The translations under genes and the position numbers were made by a program. Shown here piece by piece: positions 34,595 to 46,982 of a stretch of DNA of 64,000 nt. Below the pieces are notes generated by a model. It was given only the letters and a program-made list of their open reading frames with translations, did not search any database and was not told the origin of the DNA. Where the stretch lies: NCBI RefSeq assembly GCF_004010195.1, contig NC_057710.1, positions 78,365,960 to 78,429,959 on the forward strand, in the 5' to 3' direction. Position 1 is the stretch's first letter, and each line of letters starts with the position of its first letter. This DNA comes from Chiloscyllium plagiosum. Lineage: Eukaryota.

Positions 34595-35405
34595 TTATTT
34601 CAAAGAGTCTAGGAAATCCATTGCTTTCTCTGCTGAGTCAAAGTTGTAAACAGACCCTCCATGGTTGAAGCGCAGTACTGCTGGGTACCTCACAGAGTAC
34701 AGGATACTTAGGTCGCTCAAACTCTTCCTGACTTCATCAAAAGATTTTCTCTTGATTATAGCCCCTGAGAATGCTTGAAAGAACATAATTATTGACCCCT
34801 TGTACACCAAGGCCCGTGAGTCTTTACCCAGCCTTCTGTAGGCTTCCATTATCACTTACTTCTCCTTGCAACACTGGCATTGCAGCAGGACCGGGCCGGG
34901 GCGCTGATCCGACCCAGACCTGCACATTGTGATCTGGTGGGCCCGCTCCACACCCACCCAGCCCGATTTGACTCCCAGCCCCAGGAGCTGTGGGAGCCAC
35001 TTTTCCAGGAACCTAACCAGGTTCTCACCTTCTTCATGTTTCGGGAGCCCGATTATCTGTAAGATTTTCTTCGACCTGTTCCAGCAGGGCCTGAAACTGG
35101 CATTGCAGTGTTCGGATCCTCCCTTCTGAATTCTCCGCCGTGGTCTCCAATGGTGCGGTCCTTTGTTCGACCGCCTCGATGCATCAATCACGCATTTGGA
35201 TCTCCTGCTCGTTCTTTCGTAGCATGGCAGAAATCAGTTCCAGCACAAACCCGATTTTCTCTCGGAGATTTACAAACTCCGAGACTAAGTTCTGTTGCTC
35301 CAGTAGTTCAAAGGTGCCACTGTGGGAGTCGGGGCTGAGGCCGCGGGCATGCCCACACTGTAGGGGAGTGCCCTGCTCGCTGTGATCCTCAAACTCCCTT
35401 TCCAT
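34595..35405 (-). pseudogene. L1-type ORF1, frameshifted
   Basis: Coiled-coil region, then LQIIGLPKHEEGENLVRFLEKWLPQLLGL..VERAH..RPGPVLL; LVYKGSIIMFFQAFS..RKSFDEVRKSL..YSVRYPAVLRF. Confidence 0.88.
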
Positions 35406-37229
35406 TGTTTGTCTTTATCTTCTTCCCAAAACATTAGGATCGGTATTTAAAAGATTCTAGGGGTTTTGTTTTACTATTTTTCCCAATTTTTCTTATAGAT
35501 GGCTAGTGAGGAGTGAGTAGGGGGCACTACTTTGCTTGGGTTATGGTGCAGAGCCCAACACAGCAGAGCTGTCAGATCGCCGCCATCTTGGATTCCCCCA
35601 ATAAGACATATTTTTATGCATAAACAGCAGGTCAGTAAGGAGAAGTCCTGATTGTGGATGGCATAAAGCATTTTACGTTACAAAGGGGGATAATTTGCTA
35701 GAGTGGTAAACATCTAGCAGAGCACTTTGAGTGGTGTGACCCCTGGATCATGGAATCAAAAGGATGATGGCTGAAAAAGGTGATAGGGTAAGGGATGAAG
35801 GGCAAGTGATTGTGGAGGATGGGGTAGGGACAGGGGTAAAGACTGTAATAATGGATAGGGTAAGGGATCGTGGAGGGGGAACAGTAGTGATGGAGGGTAG
35901 GGTTGAAGGTACAAGGTGCAGTGTGAGAGAAGTGTGAAAGTAGTGGAGTTGGGTGGAGGAGAGGGCTATTTAATTCAGAGAATCTTTAAGTAATCAGGAC
36001 CTTTGAACCAGCTTACTTAGGTCACAATTCAGGCCTCAAGAATTAGGCAATCAGTCCATACCCATTACTGAATAAAAGTGTTAAACTTAAAGAGGATAGT
36101 CATCTGTCAGCACTCACTCGGATCTCCATCAGCCATTGTTAGCTCAGATATTGCAGCCTCAAAATTTCAGCTGGGGACACCACAGAGGCTTATGATGAAC
36201 AGTTTGGGAGCATTGTATTAACCCCCAATGTTACTGTTCAAAGATGGTACATGAGAATGAATCTTTTTTATAAAATCTCTTAGCTCAAAGAACATTGTCA
36301 TATCAAATAAAGTGTGATTGCATCTAAAAAAAAGATCCTTCATTGCTCATAAAGCACTTCGGAAAACCTTGAGGTCATAAATCTTGCTGCTTAAATAGAT
36401 TTACTTTTTTTCATTATCTAAATGCCCCACATAAACATTGGGCCTTTTCATAGTTCCTTCCGCTTCAGCCCCAATGAAATGTGCAATCTACAGTTCCTAC
36501 TGTTTCCATCTACCAAAGCCTTCCCTTAGGTACCAGATGTTTGTCTCTGTTATGTTGCCCTGTTGTTGAAAACATCACCTAACAACCTTAAACTGCTATG
36601 ATAGCTTCCAATTTGTTCCATTTTGTGGATGGAGTTTGACGGACTGTGGAAATACCTGGATTTTAAAAGAAAAGTCTCTATAAAAGGAATCGCTGGATTT
36701 TTTTTAAACAAGGCATTTATTGGAATCCCCATAGTTGCAGGGAATTGCTGGTCTTTGTTGCTTGATCACATTTCAGGGAGAGTACCTGACTGCTTTCACA
36801 CTAGGATTTATGGTTGTTCTGTTTGAAGAGTGTTTTTCAGGTTTGGAGATGGCATGGATTTTCAGTTCATGGGCAAATCAGAGAATAAAAAATGTTTTCC
36901 AGCCCAGCTCGCCTGTTTCTGAAGAACCCGTGTGGTGAACCCAATCTGAACTCATTGGGTGTCCACAGAAGTCTCAAAATTTATAAGGATCTGAGTGATA
37001 TGAGCAATGATGAAAGTTGCACAAGAAGTCTGGAGATTCCTATCTTGATGTCAGGAGCATCTCACTGCACCTTTTATACATTTTTCATGCAGCAAGCTGA
37101 TATTCTCATGAGGCAGCAGCAAGCTTCCAATTAAAGAAGATTCTTGTTTGTTAATCACCTCATTAATTCAACTCATTAATATTCAGTTTCCTTATTTACA
37201 AAAGATGCTGAATGAGCTTGATATTGAAA

Positions 37230-37845
37230 ATTCTTGACATGGAATTCCGAGCAGGTCCCTGGCAAGGGTAGTTCTGTTGTTATCTCATGGACTACTCCTA
37301 TCTCGTGGCCACCTCCTCCTATCTCACTCTGGACCATGACCCAATCATTGAACACAAAGCTATTGTGCTCACAATGGTTACTCATTTCATCTGGTGATCT
37401 CCCCTTCATTTTCCACTTAACAACCCTCCAGCTTCAGGACTCAATGTCGAGTTCAATAATTTTAGGGTTTGAGCACTTTCTTCCATGTCATTACCGTAAC
37501 ACCCACATACCACGTCTTATCATCACATGCCAACACAAACAATCCATTGTTAGATACTATTGGTCCCCATTAGCAGCTATTCATTCTCCCAGGCTAACCT
37601 TTACCCATTCCTTTGTCTACCCAACTGTGTGTGTATGCCTCTCTCTCTCTGCCTTTCTGGGCTCCATCTCCATTTGTTATTGACTCCTTCACTCTCTCCC
37701 ATTCCATGTTCATGATAGGTACCAGTTTTTTCCTAGCTACAATCAGTTCTGAAGAAAGGTCACTGGACCTGAAACATTAACTCTGGCTTCTCTACACAGA
37801 TGCTGCCAAACCTGCTGAGTTTTTCCAACAATTTTTGTCTTAGCT
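37230..37845 (+). mobile_element. Internally deleted PLE (family B) with terminal HHR
   Basis: Pre-RT remnant (..LISSGDLP) fused to a GIY-YIG end (SGLNVEFNNFR ~37433-37465), followed by the terminal repeat. Confidence 0.75.
37745..37782 (+). ncRNA. Hammerhead motif (PLE family B), near intact
   Basis: AGTT-CTGAAGA-A-AGGTC ACTG GACCT-GAAAC-aTT-AACT. Stem I AGTT/AACT and stem II AGGTC/GACCT are both perfect. Confidence 0.8.
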
Positions 37846-37894
37846 TTGGGTGCTTGGCAAATTAAGCTTGCCACTTGCTCCACGTGACCTTTTT

Positions 37895-38200
37895 TTTTAG
37901 ATTAGATTCCCTACATTGTGGAAACAGGCCCTTCAGCCCAACCAGTCCACACCGACCCTCCAAAGAGTAACCCACCCACGACCCATTTCCGTCTGACTAA
38001 TGCACCTAACACTGCGGGCAATTTAGCACGGCCAATTCACCTGACCTGCACATCTTTGGACTGTGGGAGGAAACCGGAGCACCTGGAGGAAACCCACGCA
38101 CACACGGGGAGAATGTGCAAACTTCATACAGACAGTCACCCAAGGCTGGAATCAAACTTGTGAGGCAGCAGTGCTAACCACTGAGCCACCGTGCTGCCCT
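37895..38200 (-). mobile_element. HE1-type SINE
   Basis: Same family as 2349-2675, with a small deletion in the B-box region. Confidence 0.92.
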
Positions 38201-38379
38201 TAAACCTTTATGTTGGATATCAGACATTGCCATCTCAGGGCACACTGCATGGGCACCAATCACACACAACCCACATCCAACATGTGCCAACCTGTAAGAA
38301 CCCTCATGACACTTCTCCGTTCCACTTACAGTAAGCTTTGACTCTTCAGTTTTTCACGTCCAGCCAGTTCACTTCCTGT

Positions 38380-39115
38380 CATAACGCTCACTAACTAAAC
38401 CTTCCTTGAAGTGCATAACATTCCTGCCTTGCATTGCCTTACCTTGCTCTTTTGTGCTTTGTCTCCATCAGCCAGAGATACCAAGCCCCTAGCACTGCTG
38501 TGTTGCCATGCCATTAACACAGACACAATGTCAAGATGCTTATCATGAAGTGATAGGGTATGACTCTTTGTTGAAGTTGAGCACATTAGCAGAGATACAG
38601 TGAGTGGGAGGTATCTGAGAGAAGATGGAGGCATGTATGCTGAGAGGAGAGAAACTCACTGACATTCATTCTTTATGACTACATTCCTACACATTGCTGA
38701 GGCTACATTTAACTGGATGGCAACCTCAGACCAGGCTGGTATTGTCCAGTGTTGTGACCTCTACTGCTGGTCCTGTACAGAAGAGGACATCCTGCCTGTG
38801 CACTACCCTATCCAGTTGAACATCCAGGTCCCTGTCCACAAAGCAGAGTGTCATTTCTCTGTTATTGGCCATGCCAAGGGCAAATGGCTGAAACTGTGAT
38901 GGGTAGCTGCAGATTGTCAGTACTTGTCTAGGTGTTTTTAAAAATGGCCAACCTTTCTGTGAGGGCCAATTTGTTCTAGGAACAGTATGTAGTAGGATGG
39001 GACATAGTAATATATAAGGAACAACAGAGGATCAGGCTGGGTAGTGAATCAGGTGATTGTGGTAAGACATGGTGAGAAATCTCCCTTTCGCCAAAATAAT
39101 GTAAGATTCAACCTG
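38380..39115 (-). mobile_element. Possible PIF/Harbinger Myb/SANT-gene remnant
   Basis: Minus strand reads PAWSEVAIQLNVASAMCRN..KRMN (~38660-38740), a trihelix/Myb-SANT-like motif, followed by GTGAGT and later GTAAGG donor-like sites. Confidence 0.4.
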
Positions 39116-42100
39116 GCATTTATATAGATCCTGGTGACATTTGCCTGCATTTGGTGACACCCATCTACACATGTCAGAATTTCAGGCTGACAGCCATCTC
39201 AACATCTCAACCCTTATCCTCTTTGTTTTCAATAATTAAGACTTGCAGTAAGTGTTTTTTTTTAAATCCCCAAAATATATCTCTGTAGAGATAAATCTGT
39301 TTTTCCTTTATTTGGAATGTGTGTTTTGAATTATTTGCAAAGATTAACATTTATATTTTTATTATACAGAATGTACATATTAATCAATTCTGTATATTCA
39401 ATGAATGCATTTTGTTTTAAAGGAATTCAATAATTTTGTGTTTATTAGAGAAACCTGTTTGACAGATTCCTTTTTTTCTTTTCAGTCCATTGTAAAGAAT
39501 ACAATTGGCTATATTGGGAATCAGAGTAAAACAATTTATGTAGCAATCTGCAGAACTAAAGAAAAATCATGCACTCGACTATCTTGATCATAATGAGACA
39601 CTAAATCTACTATTGCCACACATTATTTTCAACAGGATCCGGTGTGAATGTTCTCCCTTCCAACTTTAATGACATTAATCTGATGGGTTGACTGTGAGAG
39701 AAAATGAATTTAATTGAAAAATGTGCAATAGGGACAGAATAAAATGTTAAGATAAACAGAGTGCAGATAGTAAACGATATGAGTTTGATTGACAATTCTT
39801 GGACAAGATACAAAATTATTTGGAATAAAATTAGGGTTAACTAATGTACAAGTAAAGAAGGTAATATACGTGAAGGTTGAAAATGTACATATGTTTCATC
39901 TTATCATAACATTAATTTCTGAATTATAATATAGTACCTGCAACTTTCACAAATATATTTATTTTTGTTTTGCAAAGTCTTTCATAAACTACTTGAATCC
40001 ATGATCAAAACATTTAATAAAGTCAAAACCTGATAAAGAACTTCCCAATGTCACATTGTAAGTCTGTCGGAACTAATCTAACATAATTCCTCCTATGATC
40101 TTGAAAACAAACAAATGCACATTGGGTGGTCTGTGTGAATGTCTACTGATAGCAGTACCAAATCATTACATAACATGGTGGGAGATGATACAGTTAAGAA
40201 CAACGGTCTTGTTACATTTCAGCTGATTGAGTTAATTTAATATCTAGCAGTATATTCACTTTTTACTAATGCAATGAAGCAACAAAACAAATAAATCTCC
40301 ATTGTGAACAAATTTGAATGATGTTGATTTTACTGTCATTTACATTTAATTCCATCTGAAGATGTATAAAGAGCTTGCTTGTTAAATCAGTTTCTAAACT
40401 TGGTGAGAACACACCCTATTTGGCAAGATATTTTATACTTTTCAGTATGGGAACAATTTTTTCCCTAAAATAGTTTATCTTAATTTGCTGGTATGCAATT
40501 TGTTGCCAAATTTTCTATTGAGAATTTAGTGGATAAAAATAACTACATTACTTCACTATTTACTCAAGGACTCTGGAAAGACTTTCCTGTATGCTAGTTG
40601 AACAGGGGTCGGGGTTGGTGAGAGGTTTGAAGGTGTGATTCGATCATTTGACTGGATGACTAGCACTTCACGTAGAAAATGGCAACAGTGTGGGTTTGAC
40701 TATCATTCCAGAACCCACTCCTCAAGCCTGGCCCTGAGATTTGGAAGCAATGGCAAACAACAGCTGACAAGAGAACTGACAAGAAAATATTTCGGAGCAA
40801 AGCATCTTCAGCAGTCAATGAGTCAAAAACCTGCTTTCAGGGAAAGCATATACAAATGAATAAAAGAATTTAGTCAGAGATATTATTGAACAAACATTTC
40901 AATGATTTGCCTGAGTTTGTTTAGTTCACCAAAACTTTGGTCCATGATTCCTTAACACGGTCATCCGAAATTCTTTTCCTTCTGTGTCGGCAATTTCACA
41001 GACCCAGCTTAGAGAGGAATTTGAAATGACTGTGTTGTGTGTGTTAATAAACTAACATAACGTCATTTCTGAATCCTTATGTGAAATCGCAACAAAATGT
41101 TTTTAAGAAAGTAGACATGGAGCAGATTTTTTGTGATACATTATTTAATTTTGGGAGGGCACTTCCACGAGGTTTCTTACTCACAAGGTGAACAGCACAG
41201 GGGAGAAACAACATTTGGGTTAGACGTTATTCAGCCACTTCGGAATAGAGCTCTGTTCAGGACTAAATGGTATAAAGGCCAGAAATTAATTCAGAAAATT
41301 AGCCATATGCTTATTTAAATCCTATAGCTGTTGAGGCCAGGATTGCGCTGGGTCACTTGATCAGTTGTTGTAGTTACAGGAAGTGGTTTTAACTTAGGAG
41401 TTCACAGAATTTGCTGAATCATCTAGTTAGTAAAAACAATGAACAATAGAGTATCTAGGTGATAGTTTCTATTTAATAGGCTATAAAATGAGGAATATGA
41501 AATTGGCTAATCATTAAACATCGCCCTTAAATTTCCTTTTCATTGAATTATACTATGCAGATGCCCCTGCTTGAAGTTGAAAGATTCAGGATATATTTTG
41601 AAGCTGTGATGCCTCTCTAGTTAATCACTAACTGAATGTGCTGATAGCTGTTACATAGTGTCTTTCAGATTTACATGGAGCTCTGGAGCTCATTGTATAC
41701 CAATTCCTAAGACAATGACGAAGTCAAAAGGTGAGGACTCCTCTGCCAGATCTGCATCTCCCAGAAACCATGCTCATATTTCTGATCATGGATTATGCGA
41801 CATCTAAAGGCAGGACTATGAACAATATAATTTAACAAACAATGTAACTAGCCTGGTGCATTGGTTTGCTTTAATCCCACTGGATATGGACCTCATAAAC
41901 TGGGCTCTCAGTTTCTTTACATTTTAAGTCAAAATCTGACAAATTTAAAGAGCAAAGCAACAACTGGAAAAGAGAGGGAGGAATTGATGTTTGTTCACCG
42001 AGGCATTTCAAACCATTGAAGTTGCTATTGAAGTATGACTGCACTGTAGGTCAAGACAGGAATTTTTACTACGATAACTACACCACCAGCAAAATGAAAG

Positions 42101-42169
42101 CTGCTTTGAGATTCATTTATTCCTTCACCAATTGAAAGATGAGAAGGATAAGAAAGAAGTATCTTTGCG

Positions 42170-42420
42170 CAAATAAAAGCAAAATGCTGCAGTTGCTTGA
42201 AATCTGAAACAAGCTCAGAGAATGTTGGAGAAACTCAGCAGGCCTAGCAATGACTGGGAAGTGAGAAACAGAGTTGACGTTTCAAATCTTGTGTGACTCT
42301 TCTTCAGAACTGAGTTCAGTTCTGAGGAAGAATCATGTCAGACTTAAAATCTTGGCTCTGTTTCTCACTCCATAGATGGTGCCAGCCTTGCAGTGTTTCC
42401 CAGCATTCCCTGTTTTTGAA
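42170..42420. mobile_element. Hairpin PLE mini-element (family B), back-to-back HHRs
   Basis: Arms are inverted about CAGAACTGAGTTCAGTTCTG (42305-42324). The minus-strand HHR is intact; the plus-strand HHR is decayed. Confidence 0.8.
42272..42311 (-). ncRNA. Minimal hammerhead ribozyme motif, core intact
   Basis: AGTT-CTGAAGA-A-GAGTC ACACAA GATTT-GAAAC-GTC-AACT. Stem I is perfect; stem II pairs fully with two G.U wobbles. Confidence 0.8.
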
Positions 42421-42939
42421 GCAAGTTTGCATTTTCAGGAGTCAATCATCATCATAGGTCAGGTAGAGGATTCCTCTCGATCATTACATTCCCATCCTCA
42501 TATACCAAACCAAGTTATTTTTTCAACCGAACATAGGGCTGATTCTATCAAAAGGCAGCATCAGGAAACTGTGATTTCTTTTTGCAAATACCAACAGCCT
42601 AGAGCAGATTCCATGGCAGCTGTGCAACCATTAGAGTAAATCTAGATGATGAAAATGCCTTAAACACTTTTGCCCTAGGCTCTTTCCAGAGCATTAGTGA
42701 AAGCAAGAAGAAATAACTTGTGTTGGCATTGTGCAGCAGGACGTCAGCACATGGCAAAGAGCTTCACAAAGATCCTTTGAAGGTTAGTAATAACTGCATT
42801 GTAGGTAAACACAACAAATGATTAACAATCTGCATCTCTACAAACAAGCTATGAAATAAATTATCAGACATTCCTTCATAGTTGGAAATCTTGGGCCTTG
42901 TTCGCTTCAGCCTTCCCACCATTTTCCTCATACCCAACA

Positions 42940-43965
42940 TATGGAAAGATGGTTGCAGTTGTTAGAGGTCAGTCATCTCAGCTCCAGAACATGTCTGCAG
43001 GAGTTCCTTAATGCAGTGTCTTAGGCCTAAACATCTTCAGCTGCTTCATCAATGACCTTCCCTCTATCACAAGGTCAGCAGTGGGGATGTTCGCCAATGA
43101 TTGCAAAATGTTCAGCACCAGTCGTGGCTCCTCAGATACGGAAGCAAACCAAATTCAAATAAAACAATATTTGGATGGTAGGGCTGACAATTGGCAAGCA
43201 ACATTCAAGTTAAACAAATGCCCAGCAATAATAATCTCCAATAAGAAACAATCTAACTATTGTCTCATGACATTTAATAGATTTACCATCACTGAATCCC
43301 CCATTGTCAACATCTTAGCATTACCATTGACCAGAAATTGAGCTATATTAGCCATATAAATTTAGTGGCTACAAGAGGAGGTTAGAGGCTAGGAATAACT
43401 GCAACGAATAACTCACTTCCTGGTTCCCCAAAGCCTATCCAACATATACAAGGTTCAAGTGGGGATTATGATAAAATACTTCTCACTTGCCTGGATGGGT
43501 GCAGCTCCAACAATATTCAAGAAGCTTAGCACCATCCAAAATAAAGCAGCTCACATAATTGGCACCACATCCATACAAGATCCACTCCCTCCACCACCGA
43601 TGCTTAGTAATAGCATCATGTACTATCTGCAAGATGCACTGCAGAAATTCACCAAAGATCCTCAGACAGCATCTTCCAAACCCACAGTCACTCTCATCTA
43701 GAAGGACAAGAGCGGCAGATACATAAGAACACCACCATCTGTCATGTTCCCCACCAAACCATCTTAGCTTGGAAATATATGGCCATTCCTTCATTGTCAC
43801 TGGATCAAAATCCTGGAATTCTCTGTCTAATAGCATTGTCAAGATACATATGAACTGCAGCAGTTCTACAAGGCAGCTCATCACCAACATCTCAAGGGCA
43901 GCTAGGGACAGGCAGTAAATGCTGATCCAACCAGTGACACCCATATCCCATGAATGAATAATGAA
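42940..43965 (+). mobile_element. CR1/L2-group LINE, RT to 3' end, with (TGAA)n tail
   Basis: AGVP*CSVLGLNIFSCFINDLPSITRSAVGMFAND..WQATFKLNKC, ending in CCCATGAATGAATAA. Confidence 0.85.
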
Positions 43966-44859
43966 CAAAAGTCAACAATTCCAGGTCTTATGTGTCTACT
44001 TACCTGATACCTGGAACTCTTGTTCCCCAATCCCAATCTCCACCTATAGTCAATTTTACTTGAAACCACTGCCACCTCTTGATGCCATACTGCCATATTG
44101 TATGCAAAACTGGACATTAATATTAACTGTATTTTACTTTTATTCTGACTGCTATGTGCACTGCCTGCTTAGACTCCTGTTCATTGATTTCATTACAAGT
44201 TAAAACATCCTTTGATTCAACTTTCCACAGGGCCCTTGGATGTATCCCATCAAGGGTAATACTCTAAATCTTACTGTCTTATATTTGGCCGTTTGCTTGA
44301 TGCTGATATTGAGTGCTTGAAATGACATCTGCTCCTTTCCTCAACACTAAATCTACCTTGATCTTTGTACAACTGATTTAAAAAACAGTTTTCAAAACCT
44401 ACTTGTTACTGATAAGCTGAAAACGGAAAAGCTTTCAGCATAAATTTATAAGTTCGAATAGAGCTGGAGCAGGACTTACTTTGACTGACAACATAATAAC
44501 TTGAGAAAGCAAAATAAATTAGACCTGGTTTTCTATTTTAATGCATCTTTGCTGGCAGGTGAAATGTGTGACAGCTGCTTCAAAGGATCCAGTAGTAAAA
44601 TATGGTTTAAATGCATTTTCATATGTACATAAAACTAATGACCACTTCTAACAAAAGCTTATTACAATCCACTATTATCTGTCAAAGAGGTAATTAAAAT
44701 TAGATATGTCAATACAGAACATGTATCAGCAATTTTGAACCTTGAACTAATCCACTCTAAACTGTAAGTTCAGGAAAATTAAGCTTGTTAACAATTAGCT
44801 TTATAACCCTGGTCGACAACGCTAATGTTCTATACATGCTATCACAACTGCTTGCCAAC

Positions 44860-46160
44860 CTCAGGAATATGAACATCTATTCTTACCAGATTTCTCGTAT
44901 TGTACATAATGAAACTTACATTCACGTCTGTATTTAGACTGTCCCCCAATATCCGTTGCAAATCTACCAAATTCCGCAGATAAATTGGCTACACTCACAT
45001 TCTGCTTCCTACAAGGACTCCATTCCATTCTCCCAGTTTCCCCATCACCGTTGCCTCTGTTCCAATGATGCCATCTTCCAGGGCTTTTGACATGTCCTCT
45101 TTTTCTCCTCAATCAAGGCTTTTCACCCATTAGGGTCCTCAGCTGTGTCCAACCCAATTACCACACTTCGGCCTTCATCTCTTTCCAGAACAATGTGTTC
45201 TTCATGTCCTCATTTTCCACCATCAGTCTCCATATTCAACAGATCATCCTCTGGCAAATCCAGCACCTCTGTTGAATATCACAGCCATCATATCTTACCT
45301 CCACCTCTTGTCAGCATTTCACAGGAACCTTTCTCTCTGAGACACTCATATGCACTCTTATGATCTCCTAACACTTTGTTATGTCCCAAAATTGTACATT
45401 CCCATGTAATTGTAGAAGGTGTAACACTTGCCCTTTCACCTCCTCCCTGCTCACCATACTCAAAATACACCTTCCAGATGAAGTAAAATTGTACTTGTAC
45501 TTTTTCCAATCTAGTCAGCTGCATTCACGGCTCACAATGTGGTGTACTCTACACTGGGGGAAGCCTAAATGTAAACTGGGTGACTGCTTTGCAAAACACC
45601 CTTGGTCAATTCATGGGTATGATCCCATTCTTCCAGCTTCTTGCCATTTGATCGCACTACCTTGTGCTTAAAGTGAACATTTCTATCCTAGGCCTGTGGC
45701 AGTGCTCCACCAAAACCCAGTGCAATCTGAAGGAAGAGCACTTCTCTTTCCACTTAGGCAGTTTATAGGCTTCAGGACTCGACTTTGAGTTTAATCATTT
45801 CAGACACGAATGCTGTCCTGCATTTAGATTATACCATCTCCTCATACTGCTGTCCTGATGGCATGGGTTTGCTCGGATCAAAGGTGACCTATTTTCTACT
45901 ATTCAACCCTATCATTAACAATGGCTATTTTGCATCTACAAGTCTCCTTTCCTACCATTAGCATTCCCTTTATCTTGTGCTTTAGATGTCCTCAGCATCT
46001 GTTCTACTCATTCTTCTTCCTCTTTGTCAACTGCAAAGCAATCATCAATTTCATGCCAACTTCAGTTCCTAAAGAAGAGTAATTTTCGTCAAAATGCTAA
46101 CTCTGTTTCTCTTTCCACAGACGCAGCTAGACCTGCTGAATTACTCCAACAGTTTCTATC
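44860..46160 (+). mobile_element. Decayed PLE (RT thumb, Zn finger, GIY-YIG, terminal repeat)
   Basis: IPFSQF (~45022-45040); FPCNCRRCNTCPFTS; KCKLGDCFAKH..LPASCHL; SGLDFEFNHFR. Family B tail with a decayed HHR at ~46062-46103. Confidence 0.8.
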
Positions 46161-46311
46161 TTTAAATGCATCTGTGCTAATTAAAAAAAAATGCTACATG
46201 CAAAGAATAAAGGGAGGGTAATAATGGCAGCTAGTTCTCAAGAACACTATTGATTTGCAATTTCCTCCAAGACATCTGCTATTATAGTTATAATAAATAA
46301 AAATTCACTGT

Positions 46312-46982
46312 TCTTGAAAATGAAGTCACAGATAGATAGGATAGTGAAGGCGATGTTTGGTATGCTTGCCTTATTGATCAGTGCATTGAATATAGGATTT
46401 GGCAGGTCATGTTGTGGCTGTACAGGACATTGGTTAGGCCACTTTTGGAAAACCGTATGCAGTTCTGGTCTCCTTGCTTTGAGAAGAATGTTGTGAAACT
46501 TGAAAGGGTTCAGAAAGGATTTACAAGGATGTTGCTAGGGTTAGAAGGTTTGAGTTATAGGGAGAGGCTAAATAGACTAGGGCTGTTTTCCCTGAAGTGT
46601 CAGAGGCTGAGGGGTGACTTTATAGAGGTTTACAAAATCATAAGGGGCATGGTTAGGGTGAATAGACAAGGTCTTTTAGCTGAGGTGGGGGAGTCAAGAA
46701 CTAGAGGGCATAGATTTAAGGTGAGTGGTGAAAGATTTAAAAGGGACCTAAGGGGTGACTTTTTCACACAGAGGTGGTGTGTATATGAAATGAACTGCCA
46801 GAAGAAATGGTGAATTTTGGTACAATTACAATATTTAAAAGGCATTTGGATGTGTATATGAATAGGAAGGGTTTAGAGGTATATGGACCTAATGTTGGCA
46901 AATGGGACGAGAATTATTCAGGATATATGGTCGGCATGGACAGGAAGGGTCTGTTTCCATGCTGCATATCTCTATGATTGTA
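46312..46982 (+). mobile_element. HER1/CR1 LINE 3' portion
   Basis: LYRTLVRPLLE..FWSP..LERVQKGFTRML..LRGDFIEVYKI..RTRGHRFKV. Confidence 0.93.

Larger units (their letters stand above)
29110..35599 (-). mobile_element. Near full-length decayed L1/Tx1-clade LINE
   Basis: 5' end GGGGGAATCCAAGATGGCGGCG; L1-like ORF1; inter-ORF spacer; ORF2 with APE, RT and CCHC domains; AT-rich 3' UTR. The 3' boundary is approximate. Confidence 0.88.

Noticed and set aside
27958-41730. Splicing 27993 to 41669 creates an in-frame TG|A, suggesting a selenocysteine codon
   Set aside because: Both exons are unverified, no SECIS was identified and no selenoprotein motif is present; most likely coincidence.
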